Below are positions 17,589 through 25,973 of a stretch of 33,144 bases of DNA, one piece after another. Under the pieces are notes generated by a model. That model saw only the letters and a list, made by a program, of their open reading frames with translations. It did not search any database and had not been told where the DNA came from. Source of the DNA: Sedimentibacter sp. (lineage in GTDB: Bacteria; Bacillota; Clostridia; Tissierellales; Sedimentibacteraceae); NCBI GenBank assembly GCA_029256005.1, contig JAQSYS010000001.1, positions 1-33,144 of the forward strand, written 5' to 3'. The position numbers and the translations under genes were made by a program. Numbering within the stretch: position 1 is the first letter of the stretch; every line of letters starts with the position of its first letter.

Positions 17589-20500
17589 TTATTTCCAAAC
17601 ATTATTTGCGAGGTTATTTGCTAACACAAACCATGCAGTACTTGCAATAGCTTTATTATTAGTGATTTCATAAGTTGAATCACGCAATGTTGCATATCTA
17701 AATGCTCCGTCTGATTCCTTGAACTTATAAAGTCCGTCCAAAAGTTGATTATACTTTTCAACATTACCAATTTTGTAGTAGGCCAAAGCAACGCCAAAGC
17801 TCCCTTCAAACCAAACGGTGTCCTTTGCATTGGGATAACCTAATTCGGCTGAATACGGCTTGTATCCTAACGCACCTGTTTCTTCGTCAACTGTTGAATA
17901 ATACCGCTCGGCTCGCTTCAATAATTTAACCGCATATTCTCTTTGGCCTAGAGCAACCATAGCGATAGCGCCCCATGAATTTATATCGAGTGCATCGGCT
18001 GTGTCGGGTGTTCCATCGGCATTGATACCTTGATACATTCGGTTTTCTGTTGAATTGTATAATCGTGCTATTATTGAATTTCCAATTGCTGTTGCAATGC
18101 TTGTATAACCTGCATTTGCTAATACATTTCCTGCTTGCTTGAAAGCAAAATAAGCATCAATATTATGTTCTGTTGATACCCACGGAATAATATAATTAGG
18201 GTCAAATGTTTCAATCCCTCCGCTTGTCGTATACCTTCCTGAGCCACCTTTAATTAGTCCGCCTTTGGTATTGTCTTGAAGTATTTTTAAATATTCCAAA
18301 GCTTTGATTAAGCATTGTTTTACGTCTTTTTCAATGGTAGAATTAGGGTACATTTCCAAATAATAACCTAAAGAATAAGCAACCCAACATATAGCTCCCG
18401 ACCTTAAATAAGCATCTGCACCAATCGGGTTAATGTGATTTGTGCTAAACGGAAATGCTCCATTCACCAACTGACTTTTCACAATACCCTTTGCCGTCCT
18501 TTTTGCCCCTTCACTGTTTCCAACACCTGTCAATGATATTAAAGACAGTCCTGCATCATAGAGATAGCTCTTCGAAGCAAAAGGCGTAATGTAAGCAGGG
18601 TCGTTTTTTTCAAGTGTGTAACTCCTCGGTAGCCATCCTTGAACAGGGGTTTCTGCTAGAACCTCATTGGTATTTTTATTGATGATTTTGACCTTGTAAA
18701 TTTTATCCTCATCATTTGTATTTACCTCAAAAGAATAACCGCTAGTTACCCCAATTGTGGTTGCTCTTTGGAAGTAATCTATATCGCTAGTAATATATAG
18801 TTTCGCTTCAATATCGCTGTAGGTCTCTCCGTTTACGCCATCATTAATAACTTCTTCTATAAGAGCGTTGGTTGAGGAATTGTAAATCTTGAATATAAGC
18901 GTTGAAATTCCTTTATTTCCACTAAAAGTAAACTCCCCTGTTGTAGCATTAACAGCACATTCACCTACCAAATAATCTTCGTCTGACCGTCGATAAACTT
19001 TAACAACTCTGTCAGTTTTAGTCCCGTTAATTTTACCTGTTATTGGTGCCTTCCAATTATTTTGGAAACTTACAGGTGATAAAAAAGTAATCGCTGCTGA
19101 TTTCTTGTTAAGGGTTAAATTAGTCTTTATTTTACCTGCTAGCTTTTGAAATCCTGATTCGTTGTTAATTTCAGGTCTTGGTGCTTTAGTTCCTTTACAT
19201 GGTCTAACAAATTCGAACTTATTAACCAATGTTTTCTCGGTATAATATACTATTCCGTCGGGCAAAGCATATTGCTTTACAATAACTTTAATCCACTCTG
19301 TACCATTGTCCTCAATTTCAAAAGTAGTATATGTTTTTTCAGACAATACAGGTACCGAACCTGAATCGCCAATGTCATTAATTTGAAATGGTCCAGAACC
19401 TCTATCCACATCTTTATGAAACGGTGAAGCTTCGATACATGGAGTTAAACGGTTTTCGGGAAAGGTCTTCCAGTCTAGTAACGTTGGTTGCATAGTATCA
19501 AATATTGCGTTCCGTCCGTCATCTATGGCCTGTTGATGTGTGTCACCATTAACAATAAACATATTCGTAATATTATTGGAGTTCATCCATTGCCATAATT
19601 CTGTTCGTTCTGCTTTATACGCTGTCCAATGTTCCCCACTCGAACCATAATCCCATGAATAACCATTGAGGTCTTCGCCTGTCCATGAACCAGGATTTAA
19701 CCAACAAATCAAAGCAACGTCATCGTTATTTTTTGCTGATAATAATGTCGATTTAAACCACGCCTTTTGCACGTCACCCAACATTTTTTTATTCGGGTCG
19801 TAATCATCAATAAGGAAATTATCTCTTTGACTTCTTAAATCCGTCATTATAAATAATACCCTTCCAACTATCCAACTTTGACCGAGCGAATCGGTTAAGG
19901 GGTTTGAATTAGCATCGTTCAGAAACGGATAATGTGGGATATTTTCCAAGTAAAAATTGGTTGAAGCAACTTTTGAAGGGGAATTTTTGTCGGAATTGTT
20001 ATCCCCAAAATCATGGTCGTCCCACATATACATAAGTGGTACATTTCGATTTAAATCCCTTACCCTCGCCTGCTTCGCTGTTGTATTATAAGCATTACGG
20101 AACAATTGAGAATCATTCGTGGTTATATCCTCATAATGCCAATCACCTAAATGACTCCAAAATAATGGCTCTTCGTTTCGAATCTCTTCGAATGTTTCGG
20201 CATTTGAGCCTGTATAGTTGCATGAGCCTGCCACGAATTTAAAATTTGTTGGTGTACCTGCTAATGGGAATGTCTTAAATTTCAATACTTCGGGTTGCTC
20301 CACACCGTCCGTTTCCATTTTGACGTAATATTGAGTATTGCTACTAAGTCCTGTTAATGTATGCTTAGTAACTCCATTATTGGTTGAATTGTGTGGCAAT
20401 AATGGAGTGTAATTCGCATCGGCAAAAGAGGAATTTTTAGAGTACTTTAAACGAATATTTCCCAATACAACATTAGGCGGATAACTGATACTATATACAT

Positions 20501-21362
20501 CGCTAAAAGGAACTTGTACCTCATTGAAACCAGCTGTGTTAATACGTACAGCTAGATTAGGCTCACCACTGTACTTTTTAATCCTGATTGCATTATTGTA
20601 AACGGTTCCCCCATCGTTAATAGCCCCTATTACAGTCTGGTCACCTGTCGTGTTATCAAAGGCAAAAACCATAAAAAAAGTAAAAAAGTCCGGGTCTCCG
20701 TTTTGTTTTAATCCTGCAACTTTATAATTATTTGTTCCATCAAAATAAAGTGTATTTTTACCTTTGAATTTGTTAACAGCTATTGTTGCGGGCAATGCAC
20801 CTGCTGTTGGAATACCGTGTTTTAAAACACCGCCAAAACCTACAAAATCATCCCATTTACTACATTTCCCACCACCATTATTTACAATAGTTGTCTCATT
20901 CATTTGGAGCCATTGGATACGGTCAGGCATCGGAATCATAGGAAAAGAACCACTTTCACTTGCTTTAACTACATATCCATCATCTAGGACGGTTCCAGTT
21001 GTTAACCACTTATCAGCAAGCCATCTTTCTTGTGCGATGATGTTACTATTCGTTGCGGAATTTGGAGTTCCAAAATCATTAATGAAGGCTAATTCACATA
21101 TATAGCCTTTGAAATAAGCAACTTCATCGGCATCACTTCCAATCATTAGGTTTTCTATATATGCAAAATTCCCTGTTTTGCCATTGTCTGTTGCTTCTAG
21201 TTTCCCATTGATATAAACCTGCATTCCTAAACTTGAATGATACCTTATTCTAAGAATCTTTAACTCGGTACTGTTAGGTGTTGGTGCTGGGTAATCGTAC
21301 TTACTTGTTATTGTTGCGGAGTTTGGCGTAATCGCTCCGATTAAATTATATTGTATTGCCAT
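17589..21362 (-). CDS. Large tail-associated multidomain protein: LamG-like + FN3-like/PhoD phosphatase + (alpha/alpha)6 glycosidase-like domain (start re-called at ATG 21362)
   Basis: PhoD motifs GSC, HLGDWHY, WDDHDFGDNN, DLRSQRD, MLGDVQKAWF, GDTH; C-terminal YLYD, STEHNIDAY, LDINSWG, VWFEGS; 2 nt after the Dit-like gene; no signal peptide. Confidence 0.8.
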   Translation of the reverse strand: MAIQYNLIGAITPNSATITSKYDYPAPTPNSTELKILRIRYHSSLGMQVYINGKLEATDNGKTGNFAYIENLMIGSDADEVAYFKGYICELAFINDFGTPNSATNSNIIAQERWLADKWLTTGTVLDDGYVVKASESGSFPMIPMPDRIQWLQMNETTIVNNGGGKCSKWDDFVGFGGVLKHGIPTAGALPATIAVNKFKGKNTLYFDGTNNYKVAGLKQNGDPDFFTFFMVFAFDNTTGDQTVIGAINDGGTVYNNAIRIKKYSGEPNLAVRINTAGFNEVQVPFSDVYSISYPPNVVLGNIRLKYSKNSSFADANYTPLLPHNSTNNGVTKHTLTGLSSNTQYYVKMETDGVEQPEVLKFKTFPLAGTPTNFKFVAGSCNYTGSNAETFEEIRNEEPLFWSHLGDWHYEDITTNDSQLFRNAYNTTAKQARVRDLNRNVPLMYMWDDHDFGDNNSDKNSPSKVASTNFYLENIPHYPFLNDANSNPLTDSLGQSWIVGRVLFIMTDLRSQRDNFLIDDYDPNKKMLGDVQKAWFKSTLLSAKNNDDVALICWLNPGSWTGEDLNGYSWDYGSSGEHWTAYKAERTELWQWMNSNNITNMFIVNGDTHQQAIDDGRNAIFDTMQPTLLDWKTFPENRLTPCIEASPFHKDVDRGSGPFQINDIGDSGSVPVLSEKTYTTFEIEDNGTEWIKVIVKQYALPDGIVYYTEKTLVNKFEFVRPCKGTKAPRPEINNESGFQKLAGKIKTNLTLNKKSAAITFLSPVSFQNNWKAPITGKINGTKTDRVVKVYRRSDEDYLVGECAVNATTGEFTFSGNKGISTLIFKIYNSSTNALIEEVINDGVNGETYSDIEAKLYITSDIDYFQRATTIGVTSGYSFEVNTNDEDKIYKVKIINKNTNEVLAETPVQGWLPRSYTLEKNDPAYITPFASKSYLYDAGLSLISLTGVGNSEGAKRTAKGIVKSQLVNGAFPFSTNHINPIGADAYLRSGAICWVAYSLGYYLEMYPNSTIEKDVKQCLIKALEYLKILQDNTKGGLIKGGSGRYTTSGGIETFDPNYIIPWVSTEHNIDAYFAFKQAGNVLANAGYTSIATAIGNSIIARLYNSTENRMYQGINADGTPDTADALDINSWGAIAMVALGQREYAVKLLKRAERYYSTVDEETGALGYKPYSAELGYPNAKDTVWFEGSFGVALAYYKIGNVEKYNQLLDGLYKFKESDGAFRYATLRDSTYEITNNKAIASTAWFVLANNLANNVWK

Positions 21363-21364
21363 TT

Positions 21365-22609
21365 TTATATTATCTCTATTCCTTTCTCGTTCTCTACAAG
21401 TGACCAAAAGTTTGATAGAATGTAGTTGATTTGGGGGTTCTCGTCCCTATTCGCTATTAGTATCTGCTTGAACAAGTCAATTGAAAATGCCACACTAAAA
21501 TCTATTGTTAATCGGCTCCGTTTATATCCGTTATTACGTTGCTGTAATACCTTATAGGTTTTCACGTCTATAGCTATTTCCACAAAGTAATCTTCAATCT
21601 CAATATAGACTTTGTTTGCTATTAGTAACTCCTTTATTAAACTTGCATCATGGTCATTAAGGACGTCACTATATGCGTTATAACTGTATTTCGAATCAAC
21701 ATTAATTAACTCCTTATCATTGAATAATACACTATTAATCGCTGTTTGCCCCCTCGATTTATTTAGGTAGGTCTTATTAATTATTAAGGTCTCAACTCTA
21801 TTGTTGAATGTAAATGTGTCCCATCCGCTCACAGGATTTTTATATAAAATTGTGAAGTCATTTTTACTACAATCCTTCTTGATAATATACCCCTTAAAAT
21901 CGCTGAGTTCAATGTTATCGTTATCGACAATCACTACTCTGTATCTGTCTATGTTATCGGTTCCACTAGGAAAAAGAATTGAAGGCGATACGTTAATATT
22001 TATCACATTCCCTACTGTTGGAATATCATAAAAGGTATCTGTGCCAACATTATTTACATACTTCGTTACCTTTACTTTCTTTCCAATTTTAGAGGTGTCG
22101 AATATCTTTAAAAACTCCTTCTGCTCTGCTGATACATAATTAATGTTTGCCTTGTTCGATAAGAATACCGCCTTGTTTAAAGTAGTATTGATGTTGTATT
22201 TATTAGGCTGATATTTTAAATAATCAATCAATCCCATTTCGGAATCAAAGACATATTTAATACCTGTTGGTAAATTGTCACCGACTGCAACTAATCCTGT
22301 TGAGGAATTTATCAAGTACTCTGTAATCGTCAGTTCATAAGCATATAAATTGCTAGTACCTACTACGTCATTGGAGTTATTCAATTTTGACTCTACGGCA
22401 TTGGTTAAAACGCTCGATAAATCAACGGACATTGTAGTTGACAACGGCTTTGGAAACACTTTCTTTTTCGCTATTATTTTACCTGTAATAGGCTCCTTCA
22501 CCTCAACAATACAATAAATCATTTGGGAACTATCGGATGTAAATTCCCATTTATTTGCATTTGCTGAGGGGTTTATATTGTGTGGTTGTCCTGATATTGT
22601 AATTGCCAT
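21365..22609 (-). CDS. Distal tail/baseplate-like structural protein
   Basis: 414 aa; Y-K-N-x-x-S-G-W-D-T-F-T-F and L-I-K-E-L-L-x-x-x-K-V-Y motifs typical of Bacteroidota phage tail proteins. Confidence 0.65.
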   Translation of the reverse strand: MAITISGQPHNINPSANANKWEFTSDSSQMIYCIVEVKEPITGKIIAKKKVFPKPLSTTMSVDLSSVLTNAVESKLNNSNDVVGTSNLYAYELTITEYLINSSTGLVAVGDNLPTGIKYVFDSEMGLIDYLKYQPNKYNINTTLNKAVFLSNKANINYVSAEQKEFLKIFDTSKIGKKVKVTKYVNNVGTDTFYDIPTVGNVININVSPSILFPSGTDNIDRYRVVIVDNDNIELSDFKGYIIKKDCSKNDFTILYKNPVSGWDTFTFNNRVETLIINKTYLNKSRGQTAINSVLFNDKELINVDSKYSYNAYSDVLNDHDASLIKELLIANKVYIEIEDYFVEIAIDVKTYKVLQQRNNGYKRSRLTIDFSVAFSIDLFKQILIANRDENPQINYILSNFWSLVENEKGIEII

Positions 22610-22617
22610 TTTTTTCT

Positions 22618-22628
22618 ATAAATATTGG
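22618..22628 (-). promoter_or_regulatory. Late motif CCAATATTTAT copy 7
   Basis: Exact 11-mer 8 nt upstream of ATG 22609. Confidence 0.8.
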
Positions 22629-22678
22629 TAGCAAACAATCATCACAATTTCTTTTTTATTATATTGTATAAAAAAAAT

Positions 22679-22867
22679 ATGGGAAAACTAATTAAATTGA
22701 ACTTTGCAGATGGTACTCCATTTTTAGTAAATACAGATACCATTAGAATTGTAAAAATTGTTGTAGGAAATGAAAAGTCCAAATCGTCTATAAATCTAGT
22801 AGGGAACGAAAATAGTATTCCAGTCCAACAAACTATGGAAGAAATCGAAGGTTTGGCAAAAAACTAA
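22679..22867 (+). CDS. Moron: small FlbD/SwrD-like protein (62 aa; start re-called at ATG 22679)
   Basis: LIKL...G..F.VN.D.I..V...S.I.L......V.QT.EEI pattern; A-rich leader; downstream terminator. Confidence 0.65.
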   Translation: MGKLIKLNFADGTPFLVNTDTIRIVKIVVGNEKSKSSINLVGNENSIPVQQTMEEIEGLAKN

Positions 22868-22887
22868 AAAAGCCCTATAAAGGGCTT
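22866..22887. terminator. Bidirectional intrinsic terminator
   Basis: AAGCCCT-ATAA-AGGGCTT flanked by A/T runs between convergent genes. Confidence 0.75.
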
Positions 22888-23518
22888 AATTTTTTTTATG
22901 TACGTTGTCGCCATATTTATTGAATATGCGGAATTTTATCTGGTCCCCTAGATTTTGTTGGATACGTGTATTTAGTTCTTGCTTTAGCCAATCAACATTC
23001 TTGTCCCAATAGCCTTTGCCTTTGAATCCTTTCTTGTAAATATGACTTCGTATTGCATACGCTAATTGGGTTTTCTTCTCCGTATCGGTCATATCATCGA
23101 ATGCACTGTCTTTAAAGAACTTACTGTTATTGGCAGAAATTAATTGACGGTTCTCTATCCACTCCAAGATGGGTGCAACAGGTGGTTTATACTGACCGTA
23201 ACTGTGTACACTACCATTATTTTGTTCTGTTCCGTTAACCCCACGGGATTGATAGATGATATGCTGGAGTCCTAAAATTTCAACCTCATTCATATTGTTG
23301 ACCTTGATTGAAAGTTCCTCAATGCTACCAGTTACTAAGAAATCATTGATACTATTTATTTCAGTTTTTACTCTTTCGATAAAGGAAGCAACCATCTCCT
23401 CTAACACATTCATGTTAAAACTAAACGCTCCTCTATCTTCACCGACGGTTGCAACTAGGTTATCAATCAGGCTGTTAAATTGTACTTTCTCTGATGCTTG
23501 CTTTAGGTTTTTTGCCAT
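22886..23518 (-). CDS. Putative neck/tail completion protein (HK97 gp10-like)
   Basis: TGS...SI, RGVNG, KPPVAPILEWI, LAYAIRSHIYKKG motifs. Confidence 0.6.
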   Translation of the reverse strand: MAKNLKQASEKVQFNSLIDNLVATVGEDRGAFSFNMNVLEEMVASFIERVKTEINSINDFLVTGSIEELSIKVNNMNEVEILGLQHIIYQSRGVNGTEQNNGSVHSYGQYKPPVAPILEWIENRQLISANNSKFFKDSAFDDMTDTEKKTQLAYAIRSHIYKKGFKGKGYWDKNVDWLKQELNTRIQQNLGDQIKFRIFNKYGDNVHKKN

Positions 23519-23520
23519 GA

Positions 23521-24236
23521 TTATTTCTTTAATATATTTACTTTGTCTTTAAGTAAGGAGCTATATACAAATACATCAACGGCAAACATTTTCATTCCTT
23601 CGAGCATCGTTATAAATAAGTATTCACAAACATTATGTAATAATTCAAAATACCCCCAACGCTTGTAAAACTCCTTTTTCAAATACTGCTGTGATGCTTC
23701 TATTGCACTTTGTGATTCTTCTTCAACTTCTCCGTCAAAGAGATTTCCAAAGCTTTTAAATAGTTGGTCAACTGATTCTCTAGCACAAAAAAAAACCTAT
23801 TAGCGTCTGCCATATTCATTTTGTTCTCTATATCTTCAATAGGAGTTTTCAATAGAATATTAATCATATCAGGCCAATTGCTTATACTGTTCTGCTCCTG
23901 CAGGTTCATATATTTTAAAAGGTCTTCAAAAATGATTTGGTCAAACCCCTTGATTAGGCTTTCATCAATATCTGCTGTTGTATTGCTTTCGTCGTTTTCA
24001 AATTGGTTGAACCTTTCAGCTATCTTGAAGTAATCAAACTCTTTGAACCCCTCAACATCGACAATATTCACATTTGTAAATGTGAAGAAATATATATCTA
24101 AAATGCTTCTATACACCTTTTCGAACTCCTCTACACCCCCTAACTTCTCAATCAAATTCCTGAATGTGATATATTGTTTTAGTGTAATATCTGACCATTT
24201 TAAGGGGAGTTTCTCTATTAATTCTTCTTTAGTCAT
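23521..24236 (-). CDS. Tail assembly chaperone, -1 frameshifted (gpGT-like) form, ~238 aa
   Basis: -1 frame from the T9 run is open for 88 codons (…EFYKRWGYFELLH…) to TAA 23521-23523, 2 nt before the next ATG. Confidence 0.72.
23700..24236 (-). CDS. Tail assembly chaperone, short (gpG-like) form
   Basis: LP..WSDITLKQY N-terminus; T9 slippery run at 23787-23795. Confidence 0.7.
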   Translation of the reverse strand: MTKEELIEKLPLKWSDITLKQYITFRNLIEKLGGVEEFEKVYRSILDIYFFTFTNVNIVDVEGFKEFDYFKIAERFNQFENDESNTTADIDESLIKGFDQIIFEDLLKYMNLQEQNSISNWPDMINILLKTPIEDIENKMNMADANRFFFVLENQLTNYLKALEISLTEKLKKNHKVQ

Positions 24237-24251
24237 TCCTAATAATTTCCA

Positions 24252-24262
24252 ATAAATATTGG
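24252..24262 (-). promoter_or_regulatory. Late motif CCAATATTTAT copy 8 (tail chaperone)
   Basis: Exact 11-mer in a 30-nt gap, 15 nt upstream of ATG 24236. Confidence 0.8.
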
Positions 24263-24266
24263 TTCT

Positions 24267-25475
24267 CTACCATCCGTATTTTGATAATGGATTATCATTA
24301 ACTAAATGCTGTACATCAGGAAGGAATTTATTGCATAAAGCCAGCGACACTACAGTGTCATCGTGACAAGACGAAATAGCATTATAACTCACATGTCCAC
24401 CCTTGCCTAACTTATATTCAAATGTTGAAAGCTCGTTAGCTGTAATCTCATTGAACTTTAGTTTATCTTTTTCCAATGCCAATATCAATTCCTTAATAAG
24501 CTGTGGTTTGCTCTGAGCCGTAAAGGTGAAACCAATAAGATTTAAAACCCCTTGGTTGATTAGATTATCATATACCACTTTACCCACGCCTGTAGTGTCC
24601 ATGACCTTCATTATATTTTGTGGTAATGCTTTTATTTTCTCCTCAACTATAACCCAGTCATTAGATTGAAAATGTACGTGGTCAGTCATTTTGCCACTTG
24701 CTGACATGAATGTTATTGATGTATAATCGGTTGTACTTGCAACGTCTATACCTATAATTGCCGTCGGCTCCGTGCTATACTCGGTTAATGTATTCCGTGT
24801 AATTACATCGAGCGACACGATACCATTTTTATTACTTCCTGCTACAGCTAAATATTCCTGGTTGAAAGATTCGCTTGGTAAATCAGCTTTAGCGTTATCA
24901 ATTTCTTGTGGGTCAATATGTGGATTATCATAAGTAGTAAATTGGAAATTCCTCCACTCATTATTATCTACTGCTTTCTTTGTTAGTTCAAAAAAATAAT
25001 CCTTTCCCCTTGGTGTTGAAATAAATAATGCTTTCCCCTTGGTCTTGGTTAATAATGGTCGCAATGCATTCTTCCAACCCTCTTCAAGGTCAGCAATAAA
25101 TGATGCTTCATCAATGATTAAAACATCATATTCACCACCTCTGAGAGCATCCAAATTCTCCCCCGAAAAAAATGAAATGGTGCCACCGCTTATAAATTCG
25201 ATTGTTAAATCACTCTTATTAGCTTCGTAAATTCCTTGTGGTAATTGATTAATTATTTCTTTAAAGAATCTCTTAGCTAATCGATATTGAGGAGTTACAT
25301 AAGCTATATGTTTGCCCTGTAGTCCCTCTATTATGCTAATCGTTTTTGATATGAGGGATTTACCCCACCGACGACCACAACACATTGTAATAAAGCGTGT
25401 TGTTTTAAATGCATCAAGAACTATTTGTTGGGTTTTATGTGGCTTTGGTAGACGAAGGTTAATATTATTCGCCAT
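24267..25475 (-). CDS. terL: Terminase large subunit
   Basis: Walker A GRRWGKS, Walker B VLIIDEA, coupling motif ISTPRG, nuclease IGIDVA and HDDTVVSLAL. Confidence 0.95.
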   Translation of the reverse strand: MANNINLRLPKPHKTQQIVLDAFKTTRFITMCCGRRWGKSLISKTISIIEGLQGKHIAYVTPQYRLAKRFFKEIINQLPQGIYEANKSDLTIEFISGGTISFFSGENLDALRGGEYDVLIIDEASFIADLEEGWKNALRPLLTKTKGKALFISTPRGKDYFFELTKKAVDNNEWRNFQFTTYDNPHIDPQEIDNAKADLPSESFNQEYLAVAGSNKNGIVSLDVITRNTLTEYSTEPTAIIGIDVASTTDYTSITFMSASGKMTDHVHFQSNDWVIVEEKIKALPQNIMKVMDTTGVGKVVYDNLINQGVLNLIGFTFTAQSKPQLIKELILALEKDKLKFNEITANELSTFEYKLGKGGHVSYNAISSCHDDTVVSLALCNKFLPDVQHLVNDNPLSKYGW

Positions 25476-25827
25476 CGTCTAATTCCTCGTTATTGTGAGG
25501 GGTTTTTAAATTTGTTGCATCATCATCCCATGAAATATTAATCTTTACATCGCCTTTTATTTCATTGGTATTTTCATTCTTAGTTGCTGATAATTTGGGC
25601 TTGATGTAGTTCATTAGGTCGATATAGACTTGAAGTCTACGTGAGGAATTTACCTTTTCTAAGTCTTCAATAATATTCTCTGCAAGTGCATCCATGACCA
25701 TTTCAATTGTGGCTTTGGTTCTTGCTGTAACTTTATTCAAAGTCCCTTTCGGTTTTCCATTTGGGTTTCTAACTTCTCCTTTTTTTATTGATGTGTCATT
25801 CCTCTTTTGTGGTTGTTTTCCTGACAT
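25465..25827 (-). CDS. terS: Terminase small subunit (DUF5681-like N-terminus)
   Basis: KKGEVRNPNGKPKG motif; overlaps terL start by 11 nt. Confidence 0.8.
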   Translation of the reverse strand: MSGKQPQKRNDTSIKKGEVRNPNGKPKGTLNKVTARTKATIEMVMDALAENIIEDLEKVNSSRRLQVYIDLMNYIKPKLSATKNENTNEIKGDVKINISWDDDATNLKTPHNNEELDDGE

Positions 25828-25867
25828 TTTCCCATATTATGCCATTATATTTTTGGCATCTCCACGA

Positions 25868-25878
25868 ATAAATATTGG
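25868..25878 (-). promoter_or_regulatory. Late motif CCAATATTTAT copy 9 (terS-terL)
   Basis: Exact 11-mer 40 nt upstream of the terS ATG and 8 nt upstream of a uORF ATG. Confidence 0.75.
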
Positions 25879-25973
25879 ATAGGATTTTAATCCTGTTTGC
25901 ATTGTTTTACCGCAAAAATCTGACTTTATCTAAATACATTGTTTTGTAATTTAGTTATGTACAAAGTTTAAAT

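Noticed and set aside
19200-20240. PhoD as a phosphate-scavenging auxiliary metabolic gene
   Set aside because: No export signal, fused into a large protein and coupled to tail genes; a structural role is more plausible, though unproven
17589-21362. Diversity-generating retroelement target
   Set aside because: No reverse transcriptase and no template/variable repeat pair noticed in the window
2697-25878. Late motif as a T4-type TATAAATA promoter firing on the plus strand
   Set aside because: The ATAAATA reading points away from the adjacent genes; positional coupling is to minus-strand ATGs
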